Assembly (NCBI GenBank): GCA_046582475.1
Contig: JAYGEH010000280.1
Coordinates: 1-16,541 of the forward strand
DNA: 16,541 nucleotides
Direction: 5' to 3'
DNA from: Rhodospirillales bacterium
GTDB taxonomy: Bacteria; Pseudomonadota; Alphaproteobacteria; Rhodospirillales; UBA2165
Part shown: one piece after another, positions 7,217 to 14,904 of the stretch
Layout: each line of letters begins with the position of its first letter
Numbering within the stretch: position 1 is the stretch's first letter
The notes under the pieces: generated by a model
Database searches by the model: none
Told to the model about the DNA's origin: nothing
What the model saw: the letters and a program-made list of their open reading frames with translations, nothing else
Position numbers and translations under genes: made by a program

Positions 7217-9151
7217 GATGGCGCGGAGGGTGCCGTTCAAGAACCGCTTTCCGGCCCGCAAGCCCTTTCCGAGACTGAAGAGACGCCGGTATTGGATAAA
7301 CCCGGTCCGGCGGCGGCACCGGCAGCCGAGCCGGTTCCCGCCCGGAGCAAAGAACCAGCGGCGGGGCAAGAGGCCGGCCTGGATACCATTGTCTTGGATC
7401 TCATCGAAAACGCCCTGCGCAATGCCCGCCATGAGATGGATGTGGTGCTGTTCCGCTCGGCGATGTCGCCGGTCATTCGCGAACAGCACGATGAATTTCC
7501 CATGATCACCGATGCCAAGGGGCGCATGATCGTTGGTCAATTCGGCTCCTATATTACCGAAATGCTGAAGGATCAAAGTTTTGATCTATTGCAAGGCGAT
7601 GTCATTTTGCAAAGCGATCCGTTCAAGTGTGGCGGCGCCATAAGCCATATCAACGACTGGATGGTGTTGGTACCGGTATTTTTCGATGGCGAGTTGGTGG
7701 GATTCTCCTCGATGTTCGGGCATATGATGGATGTGGGCGGGCCGGTGCCCGGCAGCATGCCGACGGCGGCAACTTCCATTTATGGCGAAGGCATGCGCAT
7801 TCCGCCGATCAAAATATATTCCAAGGGGGCGTTAAACCAGGCGGCGCTCGACATTCTCATGAACAATACGCGGACGCCGGAAATGAACTTCAGCGATTTG
7901 ATGGCGATCATCGCCGGATGCCGAGCCGGCGAAAAGCGGATTATTGAAATGTGCGCCCGCTTTGGTAAGGAAACCTATAAAGCGGCTTGCGAAGCGTTGC
8001 TGGAACGGACCAACCGCGCCATGCGCCAGTTGATTGTCCAGAACCTTCCCGAAGAACCCGCCTCGTTCGAAGATTACGTCGACGATGACGGCTTGGGCAA
8101 CGGGCCCTTCAAAATGAAGATCACGATTTGGCGCGAGGGCGAGCACGCCTATTTCGATTGGACCGGCACCTCGCCGCAAGCGCCCGGCCCGATTAACTTT
8201 TACCTCCATGACGGTATGTTCAAGATGTTCATCGGCATCTACATGATCATGGTGTTCGACCCCCAGATTCTGTTCAACGACGGATTTTACGACCTCATCC
8301 ACGTCACCCTTCCGGAGGGATCCTTGCTGCACCCGGATTTCCCGGCGGCGCTTGGATGCCGCACCCATGCCTTGGCCCGGCAATTCGACGTGCTCGGCGG
8401 CGCGCTCAGCAAAAACGCACCGGAAATGGCGACGGCGGCCGGCTACGGCTCCAGCCCGCATTTCATATATTCGGGCGTCGATGCAAAGGGCCGGCCGTTC
8501 CAACTCATGGAAATTCTCTACGGCGGTATTCCCGGGCGTCCGGTCGGTGACGGCATGGACGGGCATTCCTGGTGGCCGTTGTTCGAAAACATCCCGACCG
8601 AATATCTGGAAACTTATTATCCGCTGCGCATCGAAAGCTACAAAAGCATCGCCGATACCGGCGGGGCGGGGCAGCATCGCGGCGGTAACGGCATTGAAAA
8701 AATTTACCGGCTTCTCGAAGATGGGGAAATTTCCATCCACGACGACCGCCATTTAACCCAGCCTTGGGGTATTCTTGGCGGCCAGCCCGGGGCCTATTCC
8801 GATAAAGTGCTGGTGAGAAAAAACGGTGCCGAGGAACCTTTGCCGGCGAAAGTGGATAATGTCAGGGTTCACAAAGACGACCGGATAATATTCCGCACCG
8901 CGGGCGGCGGCGGCTGGGGGGACCCCTTGGAACGCGAACCGTCGAGGGTGCGCAATGATGTTGCGCGAAATTTGATGTCTGCGGAAATGGCTCACGACGC
9001 CTATGGCGTTGTGTTGACGGGAGACGGGTATCAGCTCGATTTACGGGCCACCGAGGAGAACCGGGAAAATTTGAGGCGCAACAGGAAGGCGCTGCCGCAA
9101 TATGACTTTGGTGAAATGAAAACCGGCGGAAAATTGCACGCAACCGATTAA
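6797..9151 (+). CDS. hyuB: Hydantoinase B / N-methylhydantoinase B (HyuB) family subunit with an atypical ~195-aa N-terminal extension. The extension is a Rad52/Rad22/Sak-like domain plus a Pro/Ala/Glu-rich linker. The gene is translationally coupled to hyuA.
   Basis: The Hydantoinase_B region begins near aa 195 with 'GLDTIVLDLIENALRNARHEMDVVLFRSAMSPVIREQHDEF'. Further Hydantoinase_B blocks are 'GDVILQSDPFKCGGAISHINDWMVLVPVFFDGELVGF', 'GPVPGSMPTAATSIYGEGMRIPPIKIY', 'ADTGGAGQHRGGNG' and 'RTAGGGGWGDPLEREP'. The ATG at 6797 lies 3 nt after the hyuA stop, preceded by GGAGA. The frame is open from 6797 with no stop. Confidence 0.9.
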   Translation: MADFNPLSQSISFKDILKSNKKQFDKMFEDQMNAAGLRRVSHRPATLEDLESDGAGNGNEGLDATNVTQFLNEKFGANWSSEVVEHNNERGMVTVLCKLSVNGSSKMQFGSARANGDLGGALQKATNEALLQCAQNFGFEDGAEGAVQEPLSGPQALSETEETPVLDKPGPAAAPAAEPVPARSKEPAAGQEAGLDTIVLDLIENALRNARHEMDVVLFRSAMSPVIREQHDEFPMITDAKGRMIVGQFGSYITEMLKDQSFDLLQGDVILQSDPFKCGGAISHINDWMVLVPVFFDGELVGFSSMFGHMMDVGGPVPGSMPTAATSIYGEGMRIPPIKIYSKGALNQAALDILMNNTRTPEMNFSDLMAIIAGCRAGEKRIIEMCARFGKETYKAACEALLERTNRAMRQLIVQNLPEEPASFEDYVDDDGLGNGPFKMKITIWREGEHAYFDWTGTSPQAPGPINFYLHDGMFKMFIGIYMIMVFDPQILFNDGFYDLIHVTLPEGSLLHPDFPAALGCRTHALARQFDVLGGALSKNAPEMATAAGYGSSPHFIYSGVDAKGRPFQLMEILYGGIPGRPVGDGMDGHSWWPLFENIPTEYLETYYPLRIESYKSIADTGGAGQHRGGNGIEKIYRLLEDGEISIHDDRHLTQPWGILGGQPGAYSDKVLVRKNGAEEPLPAKVDNVRVHKDDRIIFRTAGGGGWGDPLEREPSRVRNDVARNLMSAEMAHDAYGVVLTGDGYQLDLRATEENRENLRRNRKALPQYDFGEMKTGGKLHATD

Positions 9152-9185
9152 ATCGGCAGGCAAGTCTCGATTGGTTACGGATAAT

Positions 9186-9236
9186 TTGAATAAGATCAAC
9201 AAACGTTAATACGACCCAAAAGGGAGGTTCAAGACA
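9186..9236 (+). promoter_or_regulatory. Translation/transcription initiation region of the flotillin gene. A strong Shine-Dalgarno AGGGAGG lies at 9221-9227, 9 nt before the ATG at 9237. A candidate -35 TTGAAT is at 9186-9191 with TAATAC/GTTAAT -10-like hexamers downstream.
   Basis: The 85-nt gap after the hyuB stop is AT-rich. The SD is unambiguous. The promoter hexamers are weak and their spacing is suboptimal. Confidence 0.35.
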
Positions 9237-11792
9237 ATGGTTGAATTGGCCATCGTACTCTTCGTTTCGGCGATAATTCTCCTCGCGATTCTCTATATTA
9301 TCTCGATCTGGGTGTACAAACGCGCGCCGGCCAACATGGGCTTCGTTCGAACCGGGTTCCTGGGCACCAAGGTTTGCCTTGGCCGCGGCGCGATGGTGCT
9401 ACCGGTATTTCACGAAATCTCCTGGGTATCGCTGGAGACCATCAAATTGATCGTCAGCCGCACCCGCGATCAGGCGGTTCTGACCTCCGATAAAATTCGC
9501 GTCGACATTTCAACCGAACTTTATGCCCATGTCGGGCGTACCGAGACGGATTTGCTTGCCGCAAGCCGCAGTTTGGGAGAGAAGACATTCGATGCCGAAA
9601 AAGTACGAAACCTTTTGGAAGCGAAGATCGTGGGTGCCATCCGCAGTTACGCCGCCACCAAAACACTGAGCGAGCTACACGAAAACCGGGACGCGTTCGG
9701 GGAGGCTCTCAAGGACAATGTGGTCGAAAGTTTCAAGGCCAACGGCTTGGATCTTGAGGAAGTGACGGTCGTTACTCTCGAACAATCGGGCAAGGAATTT
9801 TTCAAAACCGACAACATTTTCGATGCCGAAGGTCTGAAGATCATCACCGAGATCACCTCTGACGCCAAGCGCAAGGTGCACGAAACCGAAAAACGCACAA
9901 CCGTCGCCATTCGCCAGAAAGATCTGGATACGCAGGTGGACCTGCTTGACATCGATCGCCAGGAAGCCAATGCCCGCGCCAACCAAGACAAGGCGATTTC
10001 CAACGAACAAGCGCTGCAACTAGGGGAAAAGCAGGTCTATGTGCTTGATCAGCGGATGATCGTCGAGGCCAAGGAGATTGAAAACGAGGTCGATTTGGAG
10101 CGTCTCAGGACCGAGCGCGACATCGCCTTGACGGAAGAGGCGAGGAAGCGGGAAACCTCCGATATTCGCATCGGCTTGGCGTTGGAACAGGAACGCCGGG
10201 ACCGGGAAATCGCCCTCATCCACAAGACAAAGGAAGAGGAACTTGCCGAGGTTCAACGAAAATTGGATCTGGAGAAAGCGGAAAAGGATCGCCAGATACA
10301 GCTGATTGCCAAGGAACAAGAACGCCAGCAATCCGATATTTTGCGCACCACCGAAGTCTTGAAATCAGAAGAAGAGGCCCGCAAGGAGCGTCATTTGGCC
10401 GAGGAGGTTGCGGCGCTGCAAATGCGCAAACAAAGTTTGCAGACGACGTTGGAAAAACTCGAACTGGAAAAAGAAGAGGCGATTGCCGAAGCCTCGCAGG
10501 AAAAAGAGATTTCCAACGAAAAAGCGCGCGTACTGAGCGAACAGCAACGCTTTATATTGGATCAGCGCTGGGAAGTCGAACAGGAGGAAATCATTAAGGA
10601 ACTGGCGCTGGAAAAGGAGAAAATTAAAAGGGATGCCGAAATTATTGAAGAATCGAAGGCGCGTGAAGTGGCCGAAATCAAGCGCACATTGGCACAGGAA
10701 ATTGAGGAACAGGAACGGCAGATCACGATAATCGAAAAGGAAAAAGAACGCGAAATTGCAGATATCCAACGCTTCCAAGCCCGCGAACAGGAGGAGCGCG
10801 ACCGCGAGATTGCCTTTGCGCGGAAAACCAAGGAACTTGAAAATGCCGAGGCGGACCGCCTCAAGGCGACCGCGGAGAAGGAAAAAGCCTTGAAAGCCGT
10901 TGATTCGGTGCGGGTCCTTGCCGATGCGGAGGTGGAAAAGGAAGTGGTGCGCATCGGCTCCGAAAAAGAAGCGGAATCGCGCCGCATCGACGAAGAAAAC
11001 AAAGCGCAAATCACCCGCATGCATATGATCACCCAGGCCGAAGCCCGCAAACTTTCGTCCGAACAGGAGGCAGAGGCCACCATTACCCGGGCGAAGGCGA
11101 CCAGCGAAGCCCAGAAGATAACTGCCGAGGGCATGGAAGTGGAAGCCGGCGCCGAAGGCCGGGCCGAAATGGAGATCGACACGCTGCGCATCGAAAATAC
11201 GCAACGGATGTTGGAAGCCGAAGCGACCGGCTTGGAGGCAAAGGCGGGGGCGCTGAAAAAATATAACGATGCGGCGACATTCCTTGAACTCGCCAAGCTG
11301 CAGATCGAAGCCGACCGTGACGTCCATATCGATCAGGCAAAGGCCATGGGAAGCGCGCTTACCGGGGCCCAGATCCGCATGTATGGCGGCGGTGATGACA
11401 CCGTCGATACCATACGCAAAATGTTCACGTCGGGCTTTTCGATTGGCGAGGCGCTGGAAGGCATGGCCCAGTCGCTGCCGGAAGGTTTACGGTCGCGCTT
11501 TGCCGAAAACGGCATTCGCGGTTTGTTGGGCCGCCCAATTGGCGGCAGCCAGTTCGTGGAAATCGCCCGCCGGTTGACGGAACTGGTGGATGATACCATG
11601 CCCACCGAAGCCGATCGGGCCCTATCGTTTGTTGCGGCATTGGAAAAATTGGAAGACGCGGCGGGCGACGATGCGCTCGGCATCAAGGCGGTCGATATGC
11701 TCAAAGAGGCGAATGAGGGCGGTGGGTTCGACGATGTTCCGTTCGAATCGGTTTGGGTTTTCCTGCAAGCCGCCCTCAAAATCGCCGGCTGA
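9237..11792 (+). CDS. SPFH/Band-7 flotillin-family membrane-scaffold protein (YqiK/FloT-like). It is unusually long at 851 aa, with an N-terminal TM helix, an SPFH domain, an expanded E/A/K/R-rich coiled-coil region and a flotillin-type C-terminal domain.
   Basis: The N-terminal TM segment is 'LAIVLFVSAIILLAILYIISIWVY'. The SPFH core is 'VRTGFLGTKVCLGRGAMVLPVFHEISWVSLETIKLIVSRTRDQAVLTSDKIRVDIS'. About 450 aa of heptad-like EA-rich repeats run from aa ~240 to 700. The C-terminal region is 'AKAMGSALTGAQIRMYGGGDDTVDTIRKMFTSGFSIGEALEGMAQSLP'. Confidence 0.88.
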   Translation: MVELAIVLFVSAIILLAILYIISIWVYKRAPANMGFVRTGFLGTKVCLGRGAMVLPVFHEISWVSLETIKLIVSRTRDQAVLTSDKIRVDISTELYAHVGRTETDLLAASRSLGEKTFDAEKVRNLLEAKIVGAIRSYAATKTLSELHENRDAFGEALKDNVVESFKANGLDLEEVTVVTLEQSGKEFFKTDNIFDAEGLKIITEITSDAKRKVHETEKRTTVAIRQKDLDTQVDLLDIDRQEANARANQDKAISNEQALQLGEKQVYVLDQRMIVEAKEIENEVDLERLRTERDIALTEEARKRETSDIRIGLALEQERRDREIALIHKTKEEELAEVQRKLDLEKAEKDRQIQLIAKEQERQQSDILRTTEVLKSEEEARKERHLAEEVAALQMRKQSLQTTLEKLELEKEEAIAEASQEKEISNEKARVLSEQQRFILDQRWEVEQEEIIKELALEKEKIKRDAEIIEESKAREVAEIKRTLAQEIEEQERQITIIEKEKEREIADIQRFQAREQEERDREIAFARKTKELENAEADRLKATAEKEKALKAVDSVRVLADAEVEKEVVRIGSEKEAESRRIDEENKAQITRMHMITQAEARKLSSEQEAEATITRAKATSEAQKITAEGMEVEAGAEGRAEMEIDTLRIENTQRMLEAEATGLEAKAGALKKYNDAATFLELAKLQIEADRDVHIDQAKAMGSALTGAQIRMYGGGDDTVDTIRKMFTSGFSIGEALEGMAQSLPEGLRSRFAENGIRGLLGRPIGGSQFVEIARRLTELVDDTMPTEADRALSFVAALEKLEDAAGDDALGIKAVDMLKEANEGGGFDDVPFESVWVFLQAALKIAG
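9978..10346 (+). repeat. Copy 1 of a divergent ~120-aa tandemly duplicated coiled-coil module inside the flotillin gene (aa ~248-370).
   Basis: The protein-level repeat reads 'AISNEQALQLGEKQVYVLDQRMIVEAKEIENEVDLERLRTERDIALTEEARKRETSDIRIGLALEQERRDREIALIHKTKEEELAEVQRKL'. Its counterpart is copy 2, 'EISNEKARVLSEQQRFILDQRWEVEQEEIIKELALEKEKIKRDAEIIEESKAREVAEIKRTLAQEIEEQERQITIIEKEKEREIADIQRF'. Shared anchors are ISNE, LDQR and ERRDREIA/EERDREIA followed by KTKE. Confidence 0.6.
10491..10871 (+). repeat. Copy 2 of the duplicated coiled-coil module (aa ~419-545).
   Basis: See copy 1. The 'EISNEKARVLSEQQRFILDQRWEVEQEE...EQEERDREIAFARKTKELENAEADRLKA' segment parallels 'AISNEQALQLGEKQVYVLDQRMIVEAKE...EQERRDREIALIHKTKEEELAEVQRKL'. 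Confidence 0.6.
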
Positions 11793-11819
11793 CCGCCGAC
11801 GCCAGCCGGACACCAACCG

Positions 11820-12917
11820 ATGCCCAATTATGATGTCATTCTCGAGAACGTTAACAAGACGTTCGACGGCGACGTTCAAGCGGTCATCGATTTCAACGCC
11901 CAAATCGAGCACGGCGAATTCGTCGCCCTGCTCGGCCCCAGCGGCTGTGGTAAGACCACCATCTTGCGTATAATCGGCGGATTGGAGGAAGTCACAAGCG
12001 GCAGAATATACATCGCCGGCAATGACGTAACTGATCTGCCGCCATCGCACCGGGATACCGCGATGATGTTCCAAAGCTTTGCGCTTTTCCCGCATCGAAC
12101 GGTTATGCAGAACGTCGAATTTTCCTTGAAAATGAAGGGCATGTCCAGGGACGAGCGGGCACCACTGGTGTGGGACATGCTTGGCATGGTCGACCTGACC
12201 GAGCTGGCTCAGCGCCGGCCGAGCGACCTTTCCGGCGGACAGCAGCAGCGCGTGGCGCTGGCGCGTGCGCTCATCGCGCGTCCGACTGTACTGTTGCTGG
12301 ACGAGCCACTCGGCGCCCTCGATTTCAATTTGCGCAAATCCATGATGGTGGAGCTCAAAAAAATCCAGCGCGATCTGGGCATCACCTTCATCATGGTTAC
12401 CCACTCCCAGCAAGAAGCCCTTTCGATGGCCGACAACGTGATCGTCATGTCCGACGCGGTGATCCAGCAGATCGGAAGCTCAAGGAAAATTGCCGAAAAT
12501 CCGCGTACAAAATTCGTCGCCGAGTTTATAGGCAACAACAATATATTCGGCGGCGTCATTAAATCGCGCAGCGGTTCTATCGTCTTCATGGAATCGGGTG
12601 AGCATGTATTTTACGTCCGAGTGCCGGAACATACCCGCCATGTAACCGTAGGGCGCCAAGCCCATTTCTCTGTTCGTGCCGATCTCATGCGCACCGGCGA
12701 TCCCAACGGCATGGCCAACCAAATAACAGGAAAATATATCACTACCGAATTCATGGGTTCGCTGGAAACGGACGTTTTCGAGGTCGGCGAAGGTCTGATC
12801 GTCCAAATTGAGCAGCATCGTCAGGCATCGGATCGCATGTACAAAATGGGTGAAGTCGAAACCATCTCATGGGGTGCGGAATCTGGTGTCCTCTTGGACC
12901 AGGCAATGCCGGACTAG
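11820..12917 (+). CDS. ABC transporter ATP-binding protein of the PotA/MalK type, with a C-terminal TOBE/regulatory domain.
   Basis: Walker A is 'GPSGCGKTT' and the Q-loop is 'MMFQSFALFPH'. The ABC signature is 'LSGGQQQRVALARAL', Walker B is 'VLLLDEPLGALD' and the H-loop is 'IMVTHSQ'. A ~120-aa C-terminal extension follows. The gene starts 27 nt after the flotillin stop, with no obvious SD. Confidence 0.9.
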   Translation: MPNYDVILENVNKTFDGDVQAVIDFNAQIEHGEFVALLGPSGCGKTTILRIIGGLEEVTSGRIYIAGNDVTDLPPSHRDTAMMFQSFALFPHRTVMQNVEFSLKMKGMSRDERAPLVWDMLGMVDLTELAQRRPSDLSGGQQQRVALARALIARPTVLLLDEPLGALDFNLRKSMMVELKKIQRDLGITFIMVTHSQQEALSMADNVIVMSDAVIQQIGSSRKIAENPRTKFVAEFIGNNNIFGGVIKSRSGSIVFMESGEHVFYVRVPEHTRHVTVGRQAHFSVRADLMRTGDPNGMANQITGKYITTEFMGSLETDVFEVGEGLIVQIEQHRQASDRMYKMGEVETISWGAESGVLLDQAMPD

Positions 12918-12932
12918 CGGCCTGTGTCTCGG

Positions 12933-13760
12933 CTACCGTGATCTGCGGTATAAAAACATATAAACCGCAACGAACAAGGCGATTAGCGACAGCGAAAATA
13001 CCGTCGTGGCGGTGCCCAAAGCGAACAGCGTGGGCCGAATTCTCTGGGTCATCGACGCATTGATATCCAGCGGCAGCGTGTTGAATTCGCCGGACAATAG
13101 CGAGGTGCGGGCAAATTCATCGTAAGACAGCGTGAATCCGAATAATCCGGCGGCGACGACGCCCGGCGTGATCAGCGGCAGCGTGATTTCCTTGAACACG
13201 GTCCATTCGCTGGCTCCCATGTCGCGAGCCGCCTCTTCCAAGCGCCCATCGAACCGGTTGAACACGGCCATCATCACCAAAAATCCGAAGGGCAAGGTCC
13301 AAACCACATGCACGCCCAGGCCCGACGACCACCAGGCCACCGGGATACCGATTTCCGCCATTAATATGGCCAAGCCAAGACTTAGAAGAATACCCGGAAT
13401 CATCAACCCGGACATGATGGTGTAAAACAAAACCCCCGAACCCCAAAATTTCTTGCGGAATGCCATTGCCAGCATGGTTGAAAACAGCGCCGTGATGATC
13501 ATGACGACAAGGGCCAAGACCAGCGACCGTCCGAGGGCACCTTGCAAATCGCCGACGGTCGATGGCTCGATCAGTTTTTCGTACCAATACAAGCTGAAGC
13601 CGCGCATGGGAAAGCTGGTGCCGCCGCGCCGTCCCTGGAACGACAACACGAACATGGCGATCATCGGACCATAAATAAAAACCAGGAAAAAAGCGTAGTA
13701 AACGGAATAACCGGATTTGATCCACGCCTTCCTGCATTTTTCCGGTGTCCAGCCTGCCAT
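12933..13760 (-). CDS. ABC transporter permease, PotC/PotI-like, a binding-protein-dependent inner-membrane component.
   Basis: Six hydrophobic segments are present. The EAA loop is 'EEAARDMGASEWTVFKEITLPLITPG'. The ATG lies 3 nt after the upstream permease stop, with a GGAAGG SD. The stop is only 15 nt from the convergent ATPase stop. Confidence 0.88.
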   Translation of the reverse strand: MAGWTPEKCRKAWIKSGYSVYYAFFLVFIYGPMIAMFVLSFQGRRGGTSFPMRGFSLYWYEKLIEPSTVGDLQGALGRSLVLALVVMIITALFSTMLAMAFRKKFWGSGVLFYTIMSGLMIPGILLSLGLAILMAEIGIPVAWWSSGLGVHVVWTLPFGFLVMMAVFNRFDGRLEEAARDMGASEWTVFKEITLPLITPGVVAAGLFGFTLSYDEFARTSLLSGEFNTLPLDINASMTQRIRPTLFALGTATTVFSLSLIALFVAVYMFLYRRSR

Positions 13761-13763
13761 GGC

Positions 13764-14750
13764 TCAAAGTTCCTTCCGGATATTGACGATTTTCAAAATG
13801 ATAACCACGCCGATCATCATGCTGATCATCAGCATGATGGCGTTCACGGCGGCGAACGGATAATTGGCGGTGCCGTAATAATTGAGGATAACGGTGCCGG
13901 CGGTGCTCGTTTTGCCGCCATAAACGACGACCGCGGTGGCGAATTCACCCATCAGCAGGACAAAAATGAAAATCATGCCGATGGCAACGCCGGGAAGGGA
14001 CAGAGGACCGATTATCTCGCGGAATATCTGAAATGGCGTGGCGCCCATGTCGCGCGCTGCTTCGAGTATTTCGCGGTCGATCTTGACCAGCGAAAAGAAC
14101 ATTGGACCGACAGACAGCACCACGTAGAGCTGAACCAGAGCCACGGTGTAGCTGAGTTCGGAATACAGAAATATGCTGACCGGATTATCGACGATGCCCA
14201 GCGAGACCAGGATATTGTTGATCAGTCCCCGGCGGCCCAGCATGGGCAACCAGGCTACCGCGCGAATAAGATAGCTGGTCCAGAACGGCACCATGCACAT
14301 GAGGAACAGCGTCATCTGCCATTGGAAGGAACGAACCTGCATGCCTAGAAAATAGGCGATGGGATACCCGATGATGAGGCAGTAAAGCATGACCTCCAAA
14401 GCGAAAAAAATGGTTGAACCCAGTGTCTTTACGAAGACGCTGGGTGTCAGGAACTTGTCGGCGGAAGGATCGAAAAACCCTTCGGAAAGGAAATATTCGG
14501 CGTAGTGCTCCAATGTCCCGTCGGGAACCATGCCGGCATTGGAGGTCTTCCAGAAGCTGAAAACGACGATGCCCGCCAGGGGCAGCAAGAGAAATACCAA
14601 CAGCCATAATGTTGCCGGCGCGATCAGCCAGCCAACGGAAAAGCCGCCGTCCATCCGATATTCCCGGGCTTCAGATTCGGCGCTTTCCATGGGGCCCGCA
14701 GGTTGATCGCCGATCAAACCGGTGTGTTCGGGCCGCTCGGATAGTTGCAT
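13764..14750 (-). CDS. ABC transporter permease, PotB/PotH-like. The N-terminal start is uncertain. Internal Met candidates lie at ~14690 and ~14654.
   Basis: The EAA loop is 'LEAARDMGATPFQIFREIIGPLSLPG'. Multiple TM segments are present. An AGGA lies ~10 nt upstream of the ATG at 14750. Confidence 0.82.
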   Translation of the reverse strand: MQLSERPEHTGLIGDQPAGPMESAESEAREYRMDGGFSVGWLIAPATLWLLVFLLLPLAGIVVFSFWKTSNAGMVPDGTLEHYAEYFLSEGFFDPSADKFLTPSVFVKTLGSTIFFALEVMLYCLIIGYPIAYFLGMQVRSFQWQMTLFLMCMVPFWTSYLIRAVAWLPMLGRRGLINNILVSLGIVDNPVSIFLYSELSYTVALVQLYVVLSVGPMFFSLVKIDREILEAARDMGATPFQIFREIIGPLSLPGVAIGMIFIFVLLMGEFATAVVVYGGKTSTAGTVILNYYGTANYPFAAVNAIMLMISMMIGVVIILKIVNIRKEL

Positions 14751-14832
14751 GCCGTGGATGTCCTGACTTGGTTATTCTTCTGGGTAGCGGCGGTGCACCC
14801 AAGCCAAAAGTCGTCTCCGCCTTGACGGCGAA

Positions 14833-14861
14833 GGACCGGCGCGAATATTTCCGGCCGGTCC
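14833..14861. other. Perfect 8-bp inverted repeat GGACCGGC-(13 nt)-GCCGGTCC in the 154-nt gap between the binding-protein gene and the first permease gene.
   Basis: Read directly from the sequence. No U-tract follows on the transcribed (minus) strand. An intergenic stabiliser or attenuator hairpin is therefore more likely than an intrinsic terminator. Confidence 0.4.
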
Positions 14862-14904
14862 TTTAACCTACCCCCGGCTCGTATCCCGGTGGCGTTACTC
14901 CGGG

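Noticed and set aside
7368-7381. Possible internal start for a canonical-length HyuB (AAGAGG-ccggc-CTG at 7379).
   Set aside because: It is not adopted as the primary model. The start codon would be CTG. The upstream 195 codons are open, hyuA-coupled and carry a conserved Rad52-like motif set. It is kept as the main alternative to test.
7832-8752. A 306-aa minus-strand ORF inside hyuB. The similar antisense ORFs 3107-3763, 6422-7054, 11622-12413 and 13542-14348 were treated the same way.
   Set aside because: All lie antisense to genes with strong family signatures. They show His/Arg/Asp-rich shadow composition. None was supported as coding.
9978-10871. The EA-rich periodic sequence was considered as a possible CRISPR or tandem DNA repeat array.
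   Set aside because: The repeats are protein-level and divergent at the DNA level. They have no constant-length spacers or identical direct repeats. They lie inside a continuous ORF.
10365-11327. Long minus-strand ORFs (320 aa and 244 aa, F/L/S/R-rich) opposite the flotillin gene.
   Set aside because: They mirror the GAA/GAG/AAG-rich coiled-coil coding strand. They are low-complexity with no motifs. The plus-strand flotillin reading has clear SPFH and flotillin homology.
12918-12932. Looked for an intrinsic bidirectional terminator between the convergent ATPase and permease stops.
   Set aside because: Only a 4-bp GCCG/CGGC stem fits in 15 nt. There is no convincing hairpin or T-tract, so none is reported as a feature.
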